Positions 35,805 to 39,068 of a DNA stretch of 39,068 nt are shown piece after piece. Within the stretch, counting starts at the first letter, position 1; every line of letters begins with the position of its first letter. The notes beneath the pieces are model-generated. The model did not search any database, was not told the DNA's origin, and worked only from the letters and a program-made list of their open reading frames with translations. A program made the position numbers and the translations under genes. This DNA is from a virus (taxonomy: Duplodnaviria > Caudoviricetes). The stretch lies in IMG/VR virus record IMGVR_UViG_3300036520_000015, positions 1 through 39,068 of that record. One strand, written 5' to 3'.

Positions 35805-35932
35805 CCCATCCACATCCAGACATGCAGCCCCATCAGATAGGCTGCAACGCCTAGCACCATCCATATCCGCCAATCAGCCATAGCAATCTCCAAGCACATC
35901 AAATGCATAGGGCAGGGCGCGGCACAAGTTCG

Positions 35933-36796
35933 CTACAGACCGGTCGTGATCTGCATATGGTTGAAGCGATCGGCCACTTGTCGTCCGGCGTTTCGGGTGT
36001 GCACGTAGGTCTCCAGGAACACCGAAGACGACTTCCAGCCGCCAGCCTCCATTGCCGTTGCAACATCCATGCCCAGGCTCATGGCATTGGTGGCAAAGCT
36101 GTGCCGGCCGCAGGCGTGCGACGACTTGTAAGGGATATCCGCTCGCCGACACACGGCGGCGATCCTCTCGTTGACGCTGTACCTCGAGGAGTAGCGGAAC
36201 ACCGGCTTGATTAAGTCAGCATGGGCGCAAAGCGCTTGCATGCGGCTCACCAGTTCGTCGGTGAGGTGCCGGACGGAGTTGGTTGCAGTCTTCGTTTTGA
36301 GCAGGATGGCTTTACGGCCGGTGAGGTCAACCTCTGGCCACATGAGAGCCGTGGCCTCGCTGACGCGGGCACCAGTGAAGGCCATGAACAACACCATGGC
36401 TGCGAGATGGTCTAGTCCGTCTCGATCGCACTGCCGCATAAACAGATGCAACCAGGTTGGGGAAGCTGGCACTTTGGTGCGGCGCGTGTCTTCCTTAAAG
36501 CGACGCAACCGCATCAGTGGGCACCAGCCACGCTCATAGCCGTGCATCAGGACGGCGCGGGCAGGGGTGAGGGCTTGCCGGTTGCGGGTTGCGCCGGACT
36601 GGCTGGGGTAAAGCACCTCAGCCATACGGTGAATATCGAACGGCACCAGTTGTTCAATCGGCGTGCCGGCAAAGTAATCCACAACCGGCTGCAGGTATCG
36701 AGGGGAGCCGCCGTGCTCCAAATAGCTGCGGGCAGCTTCGGCGAATGTATGCCCATTGCGGGCAGCAGGAAAAAATGGTGTGACAGCGTTAGCCAT
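35933..36796 (-). CDS. Tyrosine recombinase without arm-binding domain
   Basis: TGARVSEA (R), KTK (K), HACGRH, GGW, TYVH (Y); AGGAG RBS; 287 aa. Confidence 0.9.
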   Translation of the reverse strand: MANAVTPFFPAARNGHTFAEAARSYLEHGGSPRYLQPVVDYFAGTPIEQLVPFDIHRMAEVLYPSQSGATRNRQALTPARAVLMHGYERGWCPLMRLRRFKEDTRRTKVPASPTWLHLFMRQCDRDGLDHLAAMVLFMAFTGARVSEATALMWPEVDLTGRKAILLKTKTATNSVRHLTDELVSRMQALCAHADLIKPVFRYSSRYSVNERIAAVCRRADIPYKSSHACGRHSFATNAMSLGMDVATAMEAGGWKSSSVFLETYVHTRNAGRQVADRFNHMQITTGL

Positions 36797-36858
36797 CCGG
36801 AACTCCTAAGGTTCGGTTGGTTAGAGCGCACCGTGGCCCTGCAAGGCCCGGTGCGTTC
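36797..36858 (-). promoter_or_regulatory. Structured 5' leader of the recombinase
   Basis: Hairpin 36824-36858 plus hairpin 36797-36816 enclosing the RBS. Confidence 0.5.
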
Positions 36859-36960
36859 GCATTTGTAAGCCGACGACCTGGCCGGGCAAAGCTGCTGCCG
36901 CGAACAGCCTTAATGACCCACTCGGGCCATGATCTTTTCAACATTGATGGAGACTACCAA

Positions 36961-37710
36961 ATGGCCCTTCGCAAGGTCACGACGTTGCTTGTCGTGCACG
37001 TCACTGCCACGCCGGCAGGCCGAGATATCGGCGTTGCCGAGGTGCGCAAGATGCACAAGGCTAAGGGCTGGTCGGATATTGGTTACAACGAGCTGATCCG
37101 TATCGACGGCACGCTCGAATTAGGCCGAGGCATCGACGCTGTTGGTGCTCATGTGGCCGGGTTTAATTCCACGTCATACGGCATATCGCTGGTCGGCGGG
37201 CTCAACCAGCAGGGGAAGCCAGAGAACACTGCCACCCATGCTCAGATAGTCACCTTGGAAGGACGCTTGCGCGAAATGGCTGCGCGCTATCCCAAGGCGG
37301 GCGTTTGCGGTCATCGGGATCTGTCGCCTGACAAGGATGGCGACGGGGTCATTGAGCCCGGCGAGCACATCAAGGCTTGCCCGTGCTTCGATGCGATCCC
37401 TTGGGCTGCGAGCCTCGGTTTACCAACGGCCGACATTAAAGGTGTCTGGGGCGAAACGCTGGTGATCCCTGCAAGCGGCAATGCCAACACAACGGCTGTT
37501 GCCGGTCCTGACGCTCGCAACGTCTATCTGCAAAAGCTGCTGTCGCTCACCGGTCTGGTGTTCGGTCCGATTGATGGCATCATCGGCAAGAACACTAAAA
37601 AAGCTCTGCGCACCTATCAGGAACTATACGGCTTGCCGCCTTCTGGCGAGTTCGACGTATCTACCGTGGCTCGCCTTCGCACCACGTTCGAGACGCGCGC
37701 GGCCGCGTAA
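36961..37710 (+). CDS. Endolysin: T7-type amidase_2 + peptidoglycan-binding domain
   Basis: VVHVTAT, GWSDIGY, GAHV.G.N, GHRD, KACPCF; IDGIIG.NT..AL..YQ..GL..SG. Confidence 0.93.
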   Translation: MALRKVTTLLVVHVTATPAGRDIGVAEVRKMHKAKGWSDIGYNELIRIDGTLELGRGIDAVGAHVAGFNSTSYGISLVGGLNQQGKPENTATHAQIVTLEGRLREMAARYPKAGVCGHRDLSPDKDGDGVIEPGEHIKACPCFDAIPWAASLGLPTADIKGVWGETLVIPASGNANTTAVAGPDARNVYLQKLLSLTGLVFGPIDGIIGKNTKKALRTYQELYGLPPSGEFDVSTVARLRTTFETRAAA

Positions 37711-37744
37711 GCCGCAATCCTTCACGACATCATTGGAGAATACC

Positions 37745-38302
37745 ATGCACCTGTATCGTCAGGCCGCACAAACACGCTCGCGCGGCATTCCTCGCGTCTG
37801 GATCATACTGGTCTGCGCCCTCCTAAGTTGGCTTCTCGTGGGGCTATTGGCGTCGCCTTTTGCCTTTGCCCTGGAGGCGAGCGCAGGAACGGTGACAATC
37901 GTGGAACCGACATTCCTCGGCCAGTTGCTGACGGCCCTTCTGCCAGCACTTGGGCTGTTTATCTCGGCCGTTCTTGCCTTTGCAGCTAACGAGCTGCGCA
38001 AGCGGACTGGCATCGATATCGAGGCGAAGCACCGCGATGCTTTACAATCTGCGCTGTTGAACGGCGTTCTTTATGCCGTGCAAAAGGCAGGGTGGGTACA
38101 AGGGCAGCCCACGGACAAATTGCTGAGTTTTGCGCGGGGGTATGTTCAAGGCTCAGTACCGGACGCGCTCAAGAAGTTTGGGATTGATGCTGCGACTTCC
38201 ACCGGCCGGGCTGCCCTCGACCAACTGCTAACGCCAAAGCTGCCACTGCCTCCTGGCACTATCATGCCGAGTGGCGACAAGCTGGTTGGTCGGGCGCCGT
38301 GA
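37745..38302 (+). CDS. Holin-like membrane protein
   Basis: Two TM segments; GIDIEAKHRDALQSAL.NG..YV..SVPDALK.F; GGAG RBS. Confidence 0.7.
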   Translation: MHLYRQAAQTRSRGIPRVWIILVCALLSWLLVGLLASPFAFALEASAGTVTIVEPTFLGQLLTALLPALGLFISAVLAFAANELRKRTGIDIEAKHRDALQSALLNGVLYAVQKAGWVQGQPTDKLLSFARGYVQGSVPDALKKFGIDAATSTGRAALDQLLTPKLPLPPGTIMPSGDKLVGRAP

Positions 38303-38748
38303 TCCTCCTGCGCATCCGGGAGAGAATGCCACTCCGGATCTCGGAGTGGCTCTGCGGGCTCGCCATGGTCTTGATCGGCCTTTACCTGGTGATTTGGCCA
38401 ACAGCCTTCACCAGGACTGGATTGTCAGGCTTTGCCTCCATTGCCCCCGTTGGGGTCTGGGTGGGAGCAAGCCTCTTTCTAGGTGCCGCGCGAGTTGGTG
38501 CTCTAGTTCTGAACGGACACCAGCCAAGGGTCTCCGCTCCGATCCGCTGCTTTGTGGCGGTCACCGGCGTTGGCCTTTTTTCGTCAGTCGGTGCTGGCTA
38601 CGCCATGGCCACCAATGAACATGGGCCACCCCTAGGAATGGTGCTGGCACTTGTGTTGATGGCCGGAGATATCTTCAACGCCGCTCGTTCAGCCGTCGAT
38701 ACCTATAACGCCATCAGGAGCGGGTCTTGGATTGGTTCACAACATTAG
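38299..38748 (+). CDS. Four-TM lysis-module membrane protein
   Basis: R.SEW..RVGALVLNG..IRC; four hydrophobic segments. Confidence 0.7.
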   Translation: MILLRIRERMPLRISEWLCGLAMVLIGLYLVIWPTAFTRTGLSGFASIAPVGVWVGASLFLGAARVGALVLNGHQPRVSAPIRCFVAVTGVGLFSSVGAGYAMATNEHGPPLGMVLALVLMAGDIFNAARSAVDTYNAIRSGSWIGSQH

Positions 38749-39068
38749 AGCCGCCGACGCAGGTCGCTATCATCGGCGTACTGTCCGGGCTCGTCGCAGC
38801 AATGGCCGCTGTGGGAGTAGCCATCGTCAACAATCGAAAGGCTGGTGGCGGCAAAGCTGAAATAGCCGCGATGACGATCGATAACTCAGCTGTCAAGCTT
38901 GTGGCCAACGCGCTCGAAGCGCTCAACATGACAATGATCGAGCAGAACAAGCTGACTGCTGCCGGCGGTGACGAAGTGATGGATGTCATTAAGGCTTTCA
39001 CACGCGAGGTGGAGGAGCTGCGGCGAGAAGTCCGGGCGCTCAGCGATAAATTGCGAGGCAGGGGGTGA
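38727..39068 (+). CDS. Single-TM coiled-coil protein (holin/antiholin-like)
   Basis: N-terminal TM and C-terminal coiled coil. Confidence 0.6.
   Translation: MDWFTTLEPPTQVAIIGVLSGLVAAMAAVGVAIVNNRKAGGGKAEIAAMTIDNSAVKLVANALEALNMTMIEQNKLTAAGGDEVMDVIKAFTREVEELRREVRALSDKLRGRG

Larger units (their letters stand above)
1..39068. mobile_element. Temperate HK97-like siphophage/prophage (partial; ends and att sites outside the window)
   Basis: Canonical order of immunity, replication, packaging, head, tail and lysis modules. Confidence 0.96.

Noticed and set aside
1-39068. tRNA genes and att sites
   Set aside because: No cloverleaf or terminal direct repeat recognised; phage ends lie outside the window

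Overview
This window is nearly a whole lambdoid/HK97-type temperate siphophage or prophage of an alphaproteobacterium. The host is probably Hyphomicrobiales, inferred from a GAAC-N7-GAAC SOS box and GTA-like tail genes. Gene order is: leftward early genes; cI/cro switch with readable OL/OR operators; CII-like gene; MT-A70 methyltransferase; split P4-type primase and helicase with an iteron-rich origin; Q-position gene with late promoter and terminator; HNH, terminases, portal, ClpP and capsid; tail; lysis. No att site, RNA gene or CRISPR array is visible. Four regions are unusual. (1) A six-gene block after the capsid gene ends in a GH5 glycoside hydrolase and looks like an enzymatic head appendage. 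(2) A 1.5-kb micro-gene island holds membrane peptides, an RHH protein and a lone response regulator, punctuated by a repeated GTGYGGTTTA site. (3) A tail fibre, an O-acyltransferase and an arm-less tyrosine recombinase with a structured leader lie together. (4) A LexA-boxed zinc-ribbon gene runs antisense into cI. All product calls come from motif recognition and synteny, not database searches.
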